Of a DNA stretch of 54,414 bases, positions 36,900-46,184 are shown in pieces; position 1 is the first letter of the stretch, and every line of letters starts with the position of its first letter. Source of the stretch: an uncultured Micavibrio sp. (GTDB lineage: Bacteria; Pseudomonadota; Alphaproteobacteria; Micavibrionales; Micavibrionaceae); NCBI GenBank assembly GCA_964473655.1, contig CAYYPX010000001.1, forward strand, positions 1 through 54,414, read 5' to 3'. The position numbers and the translations under genes are program-made. The notes beneath the pieces are model-generated. The model had not been told where the DNA came from, searched no databases, and was given only the letters and a program-made list of their open reading frames with translations.

Positions 36900-37006
36900 G
36901 CCTTTGCTGTCCCAAGGTAAAAGCGCGGCAAATCAAAGGCTTTTCGACCTATTCGATCCCTGTTAGAATAGCGTTATCGACCCCTTAAGATTAGGTGATT
37001 TTCAAG

Positions 37007-37456
37007 ATGAGCAATGGGATTAAAATCTGGTGTTTCCTTCTTCTATTGCCGTTTTTCGGGGCGGCAGGGCATGATATTTACGCCAATTACTTCTCTACCC
37101 CTGAAAAAAAGGCGGAATTCGAAGCCCTTGCCATCGATCCTGCCGATTATCAGGTGAGCGATCTGGGCTATATCCTTCTCACCTATCAACCCGAATTGTA
37201 TGAAACCGCCAAGCAGACCGTCGGCGAAGACAATTGGGTAAAAAGGGTTGATCCGGTGTTGCAACTACCAAGCATGGTGGCGACGCTCATCCCGTTCGGA
37301 ATTTTTCTGGGTTGGCTTTTGATTGCCCGCATTTTGAGCATCTGGCCGTTCAACAGGGGAACGTCGATCTTCAAAAGCAAGCGCGGCATTGAAATGGATG
37401 ACAACATCACCAAGCATAGCTCTTCGGGTAAAAAATTCGATTTCAAACGTCGCTAG
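37007..37456 (+). CDS. Hypothetical membrane protein
   Basis: N-terminal signal/TM segment (IWCFLLLLPFFGAAG) and a second TM segment (MVATLIPFGIFLGWLLIARIL). The start could be 36995 or 37007. No family recognised. Confidence 0.5.
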   Translation: MSNGIKIWCFLLLLPFFGAAGHDIYANYFSTPEKKAEFEALAIDPADYQVSDLGYILLTYQPELYETAKQTVGEDNWVKRVDPVLQLPSMVATLIPFGIFLGWLLIARILSIWPFNRGTSIFKSKRGIEMDDNITKHSSSGKKFDFKRR

Positions 37457-38202
37457 ACCTTCGACAATTCCTTCACAAGATTGCCGAGCAATTCCAGATC
37501 GTCTGCCTGCGATAATCTATGATCGCCTTCTTCACGCAAATAGATTTTTTTATCCTTCGTTGTAATTGCATTGCCGATACGGTGCGCCATTTGCCACGGC
37601 ACTTCGGAATCCTTCATACCTTGAATAAGACGAACAGGGCATTGCAGATCGATGGCGGAATCCAGCAGGCAATGTTTTTCGCCCTCATCCAACAATGATT
37701 TCGTGATTTTGTATGATGCCGGATCATAATTATTCTCCAGCTCAAAAAACCCACGATCTTCCATCGATTGTTTTTGTGTCTCGTTCATGCGCTTTGGAAT
37801 ATCGCGTGTAAAATCAGGCGCGGCTGCAAGGCCGATATAACCAGCAACGCGATCTTTTCTTGCAAGCGATACCAACAATCCAATCCACCCACCCATGGAC
37901 GATCCCACCACGATAATCGGCCCTTTGGTCAAAGTGTCGATCATATCGAACGCGTCTTGAAGCCATAGGCCAATATTGGAATCTTCGAACGCGCCGCCAG
38001 ATTGCCCGTGCCCACGATAATCGAACCGCACAAAGCTCTGCCCCGTCTTTGCACATAAATCGGAAAGATACACGGCCTTGGTTCCGCTCATATCGGATCG
38101 AAAACCGGTGAGGAAAGCAACGGTGGGTAAATCAGCATTGCCTTCTATGGTCTGATAGGCGAGATCGGGGCCATTCGCGCGCTTTAAAAACATGATGGAC
38201 AT
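37453..38202 (-). CDS. Alpha/beta-fold hydrolase
   Basis: Nucleophile elbow GSSMGG, HG oxyanion region (FLTGFRSDM), and a C-terminal EGDHRL catalytic His context. Confidence 0.8.
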   Translation of the reverse strand: MSIMFLKRANGPDLAYQTIEGNADLPTVAFLTGFRSDMSGTKAVYLSDLCAKTGQSFVRFDYRGHGQSGGAFEDSNIGLWLQDAFDMIDTLTKGPIIVVGSSMGGWIGLLVSLARKDRVAGYIGLAAAPDFTRDIPKRMNETQKQSMEDRGFFELENNYDPASYKITKSLLDEGEKHCLLDSAIDLQCPVRLIQGMKDSEVPWQMAHRIGNAITTKDKKIYLREEGDHRLSQADDLELLGNLVKELSKV

Positions 38203-38291
38203 CGTGAATTACCGGCTTTTCTTGTTGTGCAATGCAGGGGCGATTGTGCTAATTCTTTCTAGCAAAGATTATAACGTGAAATGACCGGCCA

Positions 38292-39515
38292 ATGAACGAC
38301 AAAACGAACAATATTTCCCCGCTGCGAAAGCCTCCTGTGGTGATGCAGATCATTCCATCCCTTGGTGCGGGCGGCGCCGAACAAGGCTGCATCGATGTAG
38401 CGGCAGAACTTGTGAAATCCGGCGCAACCTCCATCGTTGTTTGCAATGGCGGCCATCGCTTGCCGGAAATTTTGCGTGGTGGATCAAAACACATCAATCT
38501 TCCCGTCGATTCCAAAAACCCCTTCACGATGTGGCGTAACATTGCGCGTCTTAAAAAACTGATAAAAGAACATGACGTCGATATCGTCCACGCCAGATCA
38601 CGCGCTCCCGCATGGTCGGCATGGAAAGCTTGCATGAACACCAAGGCACGCTTCATGACGACTTGTCACGCACCATTCAATATTTCGGGCAGCGCAAAGA
38701 AATTCTACAATTCCTCCATCGCGCGCGGAGAGCGTGTGATTGCGATTTCAAACTACGTTCAAGAATATCTGCTGAAAAATTACGATATCGATCAACGCAA
38801 TATCCGGTTGATCCATCGCGGTGTTGCCATCGAAAAATTCCACCCGAATGCGGTGCCGCCGACGCAAATGATCAAACTATCGCAAGAATGGCGTATACCT
38901 GACGGATGCACTATCGTGATGATGCCGGGACGTTTAACCCGTTGGAAAGGCCATCTGGTCTTGATCGAAGCAATGTCGATTCTGGGCCGCGATGATGTGT
39001 TCTGCGTGATGATCGGCGATGATCAAGGCCGCGGCGAATATCGCGCCGAAGTCGAAGCCGCCATCAAGGAAAAAAATCTGGAAGGGCGCGCGCGCATAAT
39101 CGGTCACTGCTCCGATATGCCTGCCGCCTATATGCTCTCCACCGTTGTGGTGTCCGCCTCTACAGACCCCGAAGGTTTTGGCCGCGTGCCGATCGAAGCC
39201 CAAGCCATGGGCCGCGCGATTGTCGCCACAGATCATGGTGGCGCGAAAGAAACGATTTTACCGGGCGATACAGGCTGGCTGGTGCCACCGAACGATGCGA
39301 AAGCTCTGGCCGATGCCATTCGTGAAGCCCTTGATATGGATCCTGAAAAGAAAGCCATCATGGCAACCCACGCCATGATGCACGTGGCAGAACATTTCAC
39401 GCGTAGCAAAATGGTCGATGATACACTCAATGTCTATGCGGAGTTGCTACAGGAAAAATACAATCTGCAGCGTATCACGCATCAACCAGAAATTTTGAAA
39501 CAGGCGGCGGAATAA
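38292..39515 (+). CDS. Glycosyltransferase family 4 (GT-B, LPS core/surface polysaccharide type)
   Basis: The EGFGRVPIEAQAMGRAIVATDHGGAKETI (E-x7-E) motif is typical of GT4 enzymes. Confidence 0.85.
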   Translation: MNDKTNNISPLRKPPVVMQIIPSLGAGGAEQGCIDVAAELVKSGATSIVVCNGGHRLPEILRGGSKHINLPVDSKNPFTMWRNIARLKKLIKEHDVDIVHARSRAPAWSAWKACMNTKARFMTTCHAPFNISGSAKKFYNSSIARGERVIAISNYVQEYLLKNYDIDQRNIRLIHRGVAIEKFHPNAVPPTQMIKLSQEWRIPDGCTIVMMPGRLTRWKGHLVLIEAMSILGRDDVFCVMIGDDQGRGEYRAEVEAAIKEKNLEGRARIIGHCSDMPAAYMLSTVVVSASTDPEGFGRVPIEAQAMGRAIVATDHGGAKETILPGDTGWLVPPNDAKALADAIREALDMDPEKKAIMATHAMMHVAEHFTRSKMVDDTLNVYAELLQEKYNLQRITHQPEILKQAAE

Positions 39516-39516
39516 C

Positions 39517-40458
39517 GTGACCGAAACTCCCGCCAACATCCTTGTGATCAAACTTGGCGCGCTGGGAGATTTCATTCAAGCCTTGGGTCCGATGGCGGCC
39601 ATCCGCGCGGCGCACCCGCACGATAAAATCACGCTTCTGACCACCAAGCCTTATGAAACACTGGCACGCGAGAGCGGTTACGCCAACGAGATCATCATCG
39701 ATAAACGCCCGAAATGGTTTGATGTCAAAGGCTGGACAAAGCTCAGGACGTTTTTTAATTCCGGACGTTTCGCGCGTGTCTATGATCTACAAAACAACGA
39801 TCGAACCTCTTTTTATTTTCGTCTCTTCGCGCCAAAACCCGAATGGGTAGGCGTTGCGCGCGGCGCATCACATAGAAACACGTCACCCAAACGCACCGAA
39901 GGAAAAGCGTTCGATGGACACGTGCAAACACTTGGTCTCGCCGGTATAAAAAATATTCAAATCGATCGCTTGGAATGGATGAAGGGTACGCTTGATTTAT
40001 CTGCACTCCCGTCGCGCTACGTTTTGTTTGTGGCGGGATCCTCGCCCAAACACCCCTATAAACGCTGGCCAACAAAACATTATGCCGCGCTTGGCAAAAG
40101 ACTGGTTGAAAGCGGATTCACGCCCGTGCTTATAGGCGCGAAAGAAGAGTCCGGAATATTGGAAGAAATCCATTCGCTTCTTCCACAATCGATCAATCTA
40201 TGTGGAGAGACAAATTTATCGGACATACCCGCGCTTGCCCGTGGTGCCATCGGTGCCATTGGTAATGACACAGGGCCGATGCATTTGATCGCTCCGACAG
40301 GCTGCAAATCCATCATCCTCTTTTCACAAAACAGCGATCCTCGTCGTCACGCACCAAAAGGCCATGATGTCATCACACTGCAAAAACAAAATCTGGAAGA
40401 TTTAAAACCGGACGATGTCTGGAACGCGTTCGTGCGTCAGCAATCCTTGGTATCGTAA
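39517..40458 (+). CDS. Glycosyltransferase family 9 (ADP-heptose:LPS heptosyltransferase-like)
   Basis: N-terminus ILVIKLGALGDFIQALGPMAAIR and the C-terminal GNDTGPMHLIA motif. GTG start 2 nt after the GT4 stop. Confidence 0.85.
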   Translation: MTETPANILVIKLGALGDFIQALGPMAAIRAAHPHDKITLLTTKPYETLARESGYANEIIIDKRPKWFDVKGWTKLRTFFNSGRFARVYDLQNNDRTSFYFRLFAPKPEWVGVARGASHRNTSPKRTEGKAFDGHVQTLGLAGIKNIQIDRLEWMKGTLDLSALPSRYVLFVAGSSPKHPYKRWPTKHYAALGKRLVESGFTPVLIGAKEESGILEEIHSLLPQSINLCGETNLSDIPALARGAIGAIGNDTGPMHLIAPTGCKSIILFSQNSDPRRHAPKGHDVITLQKQNLEDLKPDDVWNAFVRQQSLVS

Positions 40459-40739
40459 ATTCCGCGAAGACATTCCAGCAAATGCGGGATGCACGGGTCC
40501 TTGATCGAGTAATATATAGTTTGCGCTTCGCGACGCGTTTCGACAACGCCGTCGCGGCGAAGGCGCGCCAGATGTTGCGAAAGGGCGGATTGGCTGAGAT
40601 CCACCACCTGTTCCAATTCGCCGACATTCTTTTCGCCATTCGATAGAATGCAGACGATCAGCAAACGCTTTTCATTCGCCAACGCCTTCAAAAGGCCAGC
40701 GGCATGCTCTGCGCGTTCTTCGAGTTTTTTCAAATCCAT
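40437..40739 (-). CDS. ArsR/SmtB family transcriptional regulator
   Basis: wHTH: VGELEQVVDLSQSALSQHLARLRRDGVVETRREAQTIYYSI. Confidence 0.85.
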   Translation of the reverse strand: MDLKKLEERAEHAAGLLKALANEKRLLIVCILSNGEKNVGELEQVVDLSQSALSQHLARLRRDGVVETRREAQTIYYSIKDPCIPHLLECLRGIYDTKDC

Positions 40740-40922
40740 TTTGAGAACCGTCCAAAGACGTCCTTTTCAGTACAGCTATAAGTAGTATAACTTTATTTTA
40801 TTATGAGTATAAATACGACAAAAAATTAGGGAAACACTCGTCTATTTTATAAGAAAATTATAATATAGGTTGCAACATTTAAAATAAATGACCCATTTCA
40901 GACAAAGAATCAATACGGATCG

Positions 40923-40940
40923 AAGCCCCAACAGGGGCTT
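40923..40940. terminator. Hairpin next to the SDR gene stop (T-run on the plus strand only)
   Basis: AAGCCCC (40923-40929), loop AACA, GGGGCTT (40934-40940), followed by TTT on the plus strand. Confidence 0.45.
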
Positions 40941-40941
40941 T

Positions 40942-41715
40942 TTAACGTTTTCCCTTCGCCGGAAGACGATTTAACAGCTTTTGCGCCAACCAGTCGGGTA
41001 GAACGGAGGCAAACCAAGCCCCCAAATGGGTGGGTAGTGGGAATGCGATCCTGCCTTGATTGACGGCAAGGCCGCGGGCGATGATTCGTGCGGCCTCATC
41101 GGCTTGCATGAAAAACGGCATTTTGAAATCATTGGCGTCCGTCATGCGCGATTTCACGAATCCGGGACACACGACATTGATACGTACATTCGTGCGGCTT
41201 AAAGATCCGCGTAATGCTTCGCCGTAAAAACGCACCGCGCCTTTGGAGGCACTGTAGGCTGGCGCGCTCGGAAATCCACGAAAACCTGCCATAGAACTGA
41301 TCAAGGCAATCTGTCCGGCATTGCGCGATAAAAAACGCGGCAGGATAGGCCCAACCGTATTCAAAACACCGGTCAAGTTCACATCGAAAATCTCGCGCGC
41401 CTGCGATACAGCCTCGCCATTCATCACACCCCCCGTGCCGCCGGAAATGCCGGCATTGGCAACAACAAGATCAAGCGGGCGATGCTGGTCCGTTTCCACG
41501 ATCCATTGCTCCATTCTTGCCTGATCGGTGACATCCAAAACAACCGTGTCGACATCCGCACCTTTGGCACGGCAAGCAGCCGCAACAGACAAAAGCCTGC
41601 TTTCATTGCGACCAGATAGCGTTAAAAACACACCGCTTGCGGCGTAATGCAGGGCCAAAGCTTCTCCGATGCCGCTGCTGGCCCCTGTGATCAGGATGGA
41701 TTTTGGATTATTCAT
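40942..41715 (-). CDS. Short-chain dehydrogenase/reductase (SDR) family oxidoreductase
   Basis: TGASSGIGEA cofactor motif, NAG, and the catalytic S...YSASK. Confidence 0.85.
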   Translation of the reverse strand: MNNPKSILITGASSGIGEALALHYAASGVFLTLSGRNESRLLSVAAACRAKGADVDTVVLDVTDQARMEQWIVETDQHRPLDLVVANAGISGGTGGVMNGEAVSQAREIFDVNLTGVLNTVGPILPRFLSRNAGQIALISSMAGFRGFPSAPAYSASKGAVRFYGEALRGSLSRTNVRINVVCPGFVKSRMTDANDFKMPFFMQADEAARIIARGLAVNQGRIAFPLPTHLGAWFASVLPDWLAQKLLNRLPAKGKR

Positions 41716-41820
41716 GCGCCAAACCTATCATCTCCTCTTAAAAAAACATATACGGGACTTTGCAGGCCTCTTTCAGGGCGGTAAGATGGTCCGGAATTTA
41801 AAAGGGTTACGATTTTTAAA

Positions 41821-42456
41821 ATGGATACAGTACTACAACGCCGCGGTCTCATGTTCGTTCTATCTTCCCCATCAGGGGCCGGTAAGACAACTATCACGCG
41901 CGCACTCTTGCAAAAAAATCCTGACCTCGAAATTTCAATTTCTGCGACCACACGCCCGCGCCGCCCCGGCGAAGTCGACGGACAGGATTATTATTTCGTC
42001 GGCATTCCCGAATTCAACCAAATGGTCGACAATGGCGAGATGTTGGAACACGCAAAAGTCTTCAACAATTATTACGGCACACCAAGACTTCCCGTCGAAG
42101 AAGCACTCACACGTGGCCACGATGTGATCTTCGACATTGATTGGCAAGGCACCCAGCAATTGCGCGAACAACGCGAAAGCGATCTTGTGACTGTCTTCCT
42201 TTTGCCGCCCAATTCAAAAGAACTGGAACGCCGCCTTCGTGCGAGAGCGCAAGATTCCGAAGAATCCATCCGTCACCGCATGGATAAAGCCGCCGATGAA
42301 ATGACGCACTATTCGGAATATGATTACGTTCTGATCAATAACAATGTGGAAGCGGCAATTGAAAAGGCGCAGGAAATTCTGAACGCCGAAAGATTGAAAC
42401 GTCACCGCCTCGTGGGTCTATCGGATTTTGTGCGTGGCCTTAAAGAGGGGCTTTAG
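41821..42456 (+). CDS. gmk: Guanylate kinase
   Basis: P-loop SSPSGAGKTT, TTRPRRPGEVDGQDYYFV, EHAKVFNNYYGT. Confidence 0.92.
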   Translation: MDTVLQRRGLMFVLSSPSGAGKTTITRALLQKNPDLEISISATTRPRRPGEVDGQDYYFVGIPEFNQMVDNGEMLEHAKVFNNYYGTPRLPVEEALTRGHDVIFDIDWQGTQQLREQRESDLVTVFLLPPNSKELERRLRARAQDSEESIRHRMDKAADEMTHYSEYDYVLINNNVEAAIEKAQEILNAERLKRHRLVGLSDFVRGLKEGL

Positions 42457-43285
42457 AAGCTTCGGTCGCAAGCTTAACAAAATCCGCAACGCTTAGCTCT
42501 TCAGCGCGCGCTTCTTCACGAAGGCCTATTTTTTCAACATGCGACATATAATCTTTAAGTGATGATCTGATCATCTTACGGCGTTGACCGAACGCCGCCG
42601 CCGTTATTTTTTCTAAAGCATGAAAATCCACATCTGATTTTTTGGATACAAACCGGACAATGGAAGATGTCACTTTGGGCGGCGGCGTAAACGCGGCGGC
42701 CGGCACATCGAACATCAATTTTACATCGCAAAACGCTTGCGCGAGGATCGATAAACGCCCATACGCCTTCGTCGATGGTTTGGCGACAATGCGCTGCGCC
42801 ACTTCTTTTTGAAACATCAAAACCATTTCGCGATAACGCGTGTGATCATCAAAAATCTGCTCCAGCCATCCGGTGAGAAGCGGCGTTGCAATGTTGTAAG
42901 GAAGATTAGCAACAATCACGAAAGGTGGTTTCGCACCATATTGTGCCGCCAATACAGGCAGATCAGCATGAAGCGCGTCTTGCTGCACGATTTCAAGCCT
43001 ACCCCCCGAAGCATCCTTCAAGCTCTGCAAAGCCTCGATGGCACGTGGATCATATTCGATGGCGATGACTTTTGCCGCACCCGCGGACAACAAGGCGCGC
43101 GTCAATCCACCGGGTCCCGGCCCGATTTCAAAGACCGTGCAGCCATCGAGCTTGCCCGCGGCGCGGGCTATTTTTGCGGTGAGATTTAAATCGAGCAGGA
43201 AATTCTGGCCCAACGATTTTTCAGCCCGCAAACCATGTTCACGGATGATATCACGCAAAGGCGGAAGGGAATCGACCTCAGACAC
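42440..43285 (-). CDS. rsmA: 16S rRNA (adenine1518/1519-N6)-dimethyltransferase
   Basis: KSLGQNFLLD, VFEIGPGPGGLT, ANLPYNIATP. GTG start overlapping the surA stop (GTGTCTGA). Confidence 0.92.
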   Translation of the reverse strand: MSEVDSLPPLRDIIREHGLRAEKSLGQNFLLDLNLTAKIARAAGKLDGCTVFEIGPGPGGLTRALLSAGAAKVIAIEYDPRAIEALQSLKDASGGRLEIVQQDALHADLPVLAAQYGAKPPFVIVANLPYNIATPLLTGWLEQIFDDHTRYREMVLMFQKEVAQRIVAKPSTKAYGRLSILAQAFCDVKLMFDVPAAAFTPPPKVTSSIVRFVSKKSDVDFHALEKITAAAFGQRRKMIRSSLKDYMSHVEKIGLREEARAEELSVADFVKLATEASKAPL

Positions 43286-44219
43286 GCCGGTCGATGAAGG
43301 CAGAAGATTTCAAATCAAGCAGCGTTCTTTGCTGCACGCGGTCCAAACGTTCGAACCCGATCTGATTCGTAAGCTCATCACGCGGCGGAATGGATTCTTC
43401 CGTAAGAACGCGCTTCTTTTGCAGCCAGATAATATGAAGACCGCTATTGGTTTCAATCGGATTGCTGACCTGCCCTTCGGCCAATGTCAAAAGAACCTGA
43501 TCAAGCGCAGGCTCCAATTGTCCTTGTTGAATCCAACCCAAAGATCCGCCTTTTTCCGCGCCCGCAGCTTTGGAGAATTGTGCGGCCACAGCACCGAATG
43601 GCGCTTTTTTCGCCTGCAATTCTGCTGTCATCTTCTGTGCGAACTGACGCACTTCGCCATCGCGTTTCGCATCGCCCAGCGGCAAGAGGATTTCAGACAC
43701 CAGATATTCGGTCTGACCGAGTTTGGATTTCAAACGCTCGATCCTTACATCGACATCGGTGGCGTTAACATCCACCTGATTGCGCAATCTTTCCTTGATG
43801 AATTTATTCCATGCAAGCTGCGCTTTGATCTGACGTTTAAGTGTGCCTATCGGCACGCCCTGCTTTGACATGATCGCGGCAAACTGTTCGCCAGTGAAAT
43901 TATTTTGCTTGGCGATGATATCCAAACCTTCGGTGATTTCCTCATCGCTGATGCTCAATTTGTTGCGAGAGGCTTCTTGTAGTTTCAGTTGCTCTTCGAT
44001 CAAACTGTCAATCACTTGCGGCAAAATCTTCGCTTGAATTTCCTTGCTGTTTGGAAGGCCTGACGAAATCATCACCAGCTTCATACGGTCAGTAACGTCT
44101 TGCATGGAAATGGCTTCATCGTTCACCACGGCGGCGATGCCTTGGGTTTGCTGCGCCTGAGTGGGTGCGATCCCGAACAAGGTTGAAAAAGCCAAAGCAA
44201 TGATAAGCACATATTTCAT
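43278..44219 (-). CDS. surA: SurA-like periplasmic chaperone / parvulin-type peptidyl-prolyl isomerase
   Basis: Signal peptide, a SurA N-terminal-type domain (IAAVVNDEAISMQDV), and one parvulin domain (GGSLGWIQQGQL...SGLHIIWL). Confidence 0.75.
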   Translation of the reverse strand: MKYVLIIALAFSTLFGIAPTQAQQTQGIAAVVNDEAISMQDVTDRMKLVMISSGLPNSKEIQAKILPQVIDSLIEEQLKLQEASRNKLSISDEEITEGLDIIAKQNNFTGEQFAAIMSKQGVPIGTLKRQIKAQLAWNKFIKERLRNQVDVNATDVDVRIERLKSKLGQTEYLVSEILLPLGDAKRDGEVRQFAQKMTAELQAKKAPFGAVAAQFSKAAGAEKGGSLGWIQQGQLEPALDQVLLTLAEGQVSNPIETNSGLHIIWLQKKRVLTEESIPPRDELTNQIGFERLDRVQQRTLLDLKSSAFIDRRV

Positions 44220-44265
44220 GTAAGTTCTTTCGTTATACTTTCACTAATCTTCAGATGCGGCAATA

Positions 44266-45222
44266 TTATGCCCTTTTCTTGTCACCGAAACGGCCACCCG
44301 GTTTGAACCGCGCCAGATAGGTCGGCAAAATCGTATCCAGCGATGTCGGCACGATGTCCAAATCCTTGAATGATGGCGTGTGTGGCTGCACGACATTGTT
44401 GGTCTTAAGCGATTCCACTTGATCGGCGGTCAGAAGCGGCGCGGGCAAACATCCCATCAGCATCCCTTGAAATTTCGCAACACCCCATGGCAGCGGGATC
44501 AGAATTTTTTTACGCCCCGTATTGTCGAACAATTTTTGATAGATCTGGCGGAAGCTTAAAATCTCCGGACCGCCAAGCTCATAAATGCGGCCCTCGCTTT
44601 GCGCGTCTTTCAAAACATTGATGGCGGCCAATGCGACGTCGCCGACATAGACCGGCTGGAATTTTGTATGACCACCGCCGATGAGTGGCAGCGCGGGCGA
44701 TAAAACCGATATCTTGGCGAACATATTGAAAAAATTATCTTCGCCGCCGAATACAACGGATGGGCGCAGAATCGTCGCGCGCGGGAAATTTTCAAGAACG
44801 GCCATCTCCCCATTGCGTTTTGATTTTGCATATTTTGAATGGGCTTCATCGCAACCAAGGGCGGAGATATGAACGAAACGCCCCACTTTTTCCAGACTGC
44901 AGGCTTTGGCGATCGACCGTGGCAATTCAGTATGGATTTTTGTGAAGGAATTTTTGCCGCGCTCATACAAAACGCCGATGCAATTGATCACGACATCGCA
45001 CCCCTTGACTGCCGCCCTCATGCTAGCCTCGTCTTTATAGTTACAGGCGAAAGGCACGATCTGGCCGACATTGCCGGCGGTACGCAGGAAATAGGCGCGC
45101 TCGGGCACACGGGTGGCGACCTTGATCGCATATCCCTGCCGTGCCAGCTCACGGACGATCTGGCGGCCGATAAAGCCGGTGCCGCCGAAAATACAGGCCT
45201 GTTTGTAGCTATCTGTGCGCAT
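44266..45222 (-). CDS. Complex I NDUFA9-like NAD(P)-binding (atypical SDR/epimerase) protein
   Basis: IFGGTGFIGRQIVREL Rossmann motif. About 320 aa, with a C-terminal region like alphaproteobacterial NDUFA9 homologues. Confidence 0.78.
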   Translation of the reverse strand: MRTDSYKQACIFGGTGFIGRQIVRELARQGYAIKVATRVPERAYFLRTAGNVGQIVPFACNYKDEASMRAAVKGCDVVINCIGVLYERGKNSFTKIHTELPRSIAKACSLEKVGRFVHISALGCDEAHSKYAKSKRNGEMAVLENFPRATILRPSVVFGGEDNFFNMFAKISVLSPALPLIGGGHTKFQPVYVGDVALAAINVLKDAQSEGRIYELGGPEILSFRQIYQKLFDNTGRKKILIPLPWGVAKFQGMLMGCLPAPLLTADQVESLKTNNVVQPHTPSFKDLDIVPTSLDTILPTYLARFKPGGRFGDKKRA

Positions 45223-45311
45223 TCTTAAAATCTTTTCACTTTGTTGATGCCGCCATGAAACGGCCCCATCTTAAACATGATTTTTATCCTGTTTTCTGGC
45301 ACAATAAAACA

Positions 45312-46184
45312 ATGACTTGTTTTTCCATACATAAAATTTTGGTATTCGGACTGGTTTTAACACTCGGATTTTCAGGTTCCGTGGCAGCAAACGCACAAAG
45401 CACGCCCTCTTCCAGAGAAAGAGACAAGGACAAAGTCCGCGTAGACGCACCTATCGTGCTGGAGCTCTACACAGCCTCCGATTGCAGCGCCTGTATTTTT
45501 GCGGACCGTATGCTGTACGACGCAGCCAAGGATAAAAATGTCATCGCGCTGAGCTGCCATATCGAAGATACCAACGTGGAAGGTAAAGGAAAACCCGATT
45601 CCGGCCCGATCGATCCTTGCGTGCTGCGCCAATGGGCCTACAGCAGCGCGAAACGCGACGAAGCCGTCGATATCACCATTCCAACATTCATCTTCAATGG
45701 CCGCACAAAAGTCGGGTCCGGCAGAATGCAGGATTTACCTGCCGAAGTTGAAAATTATCACTTTCAACATGTGAACGATGCGGTGCATGTTCCCATTCGA
45801 TGGAAAGACGACAACACGATTTCAATCCAGCTTCCTGAAAATCAAAAAAGATTGAAAGCCAAACGCGTCGCGAGCGTCTGGATTATTCGCTACAAGGATA
45901 TGGAAGTCGAAAAAATTGAAACCGGTACAAATGCCGGCAAAGTTTTACGTTTCAGCAATATCGTACAAAGCGTCGAACATGTCGGAAAATGGCATGGCTC
46001 CGCCCGCACGATTGATGTCGATGTTACAAAACCGCAAGGCGGTAAAGAACGCGGTGGTTATGCTGTGATCGTGCAAGAAATGATGGGAACACCCATTTTG
46101 GCGGCGGGAAAACTGGCGGACTATCCGACCCCAGCCGATGCCCGCGCAGTCAAAGAAACGCCGACGACAGCACCACCGCACTAA
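45312..46184 (+). CDS. DUF1223-like thioredoxin-fold secreted protein
   Basis: Signal peptide from M at 45312. VLELYTASDCSACIFAD...ALSCHIED...RQWAY resembles DUF1223 (ELFTSqGCSSCPPAD...fHVDYW...RQ.aY). Confidence 0.55.
   Translation: MTCFSIHKILVFGLVLTLGFSGSVAANAQSTPSSRERDKDKVRVDAPIVLELYTASDCSACIFADRMLYDAAKDKNVIALSCHIEDTNVEGKGKPDSGPIDPCVLRQWAYSSAKRDEAVDITIPTFIFNGRTKVGSGRMQDLPAEVENYHFQHVNDAVHVPIRWKDDNTISIQLPENQKRLKAKRVASVWIIRYKDMEVEKIETGTNAGKVLRFSNIVQSVEHVGKWHGSARTIDVDVTKPQGGKERGGYAVIVQEMMGTPILAAGKLADYPTPADARAVKETPTTAPPH

Noticed and set aside
43038-43868. 276-aa plus-strand ORF
   Set aside because: It is antisense to the well-supported rsmA and surA genes and has an Arg/Phe-rich composition.
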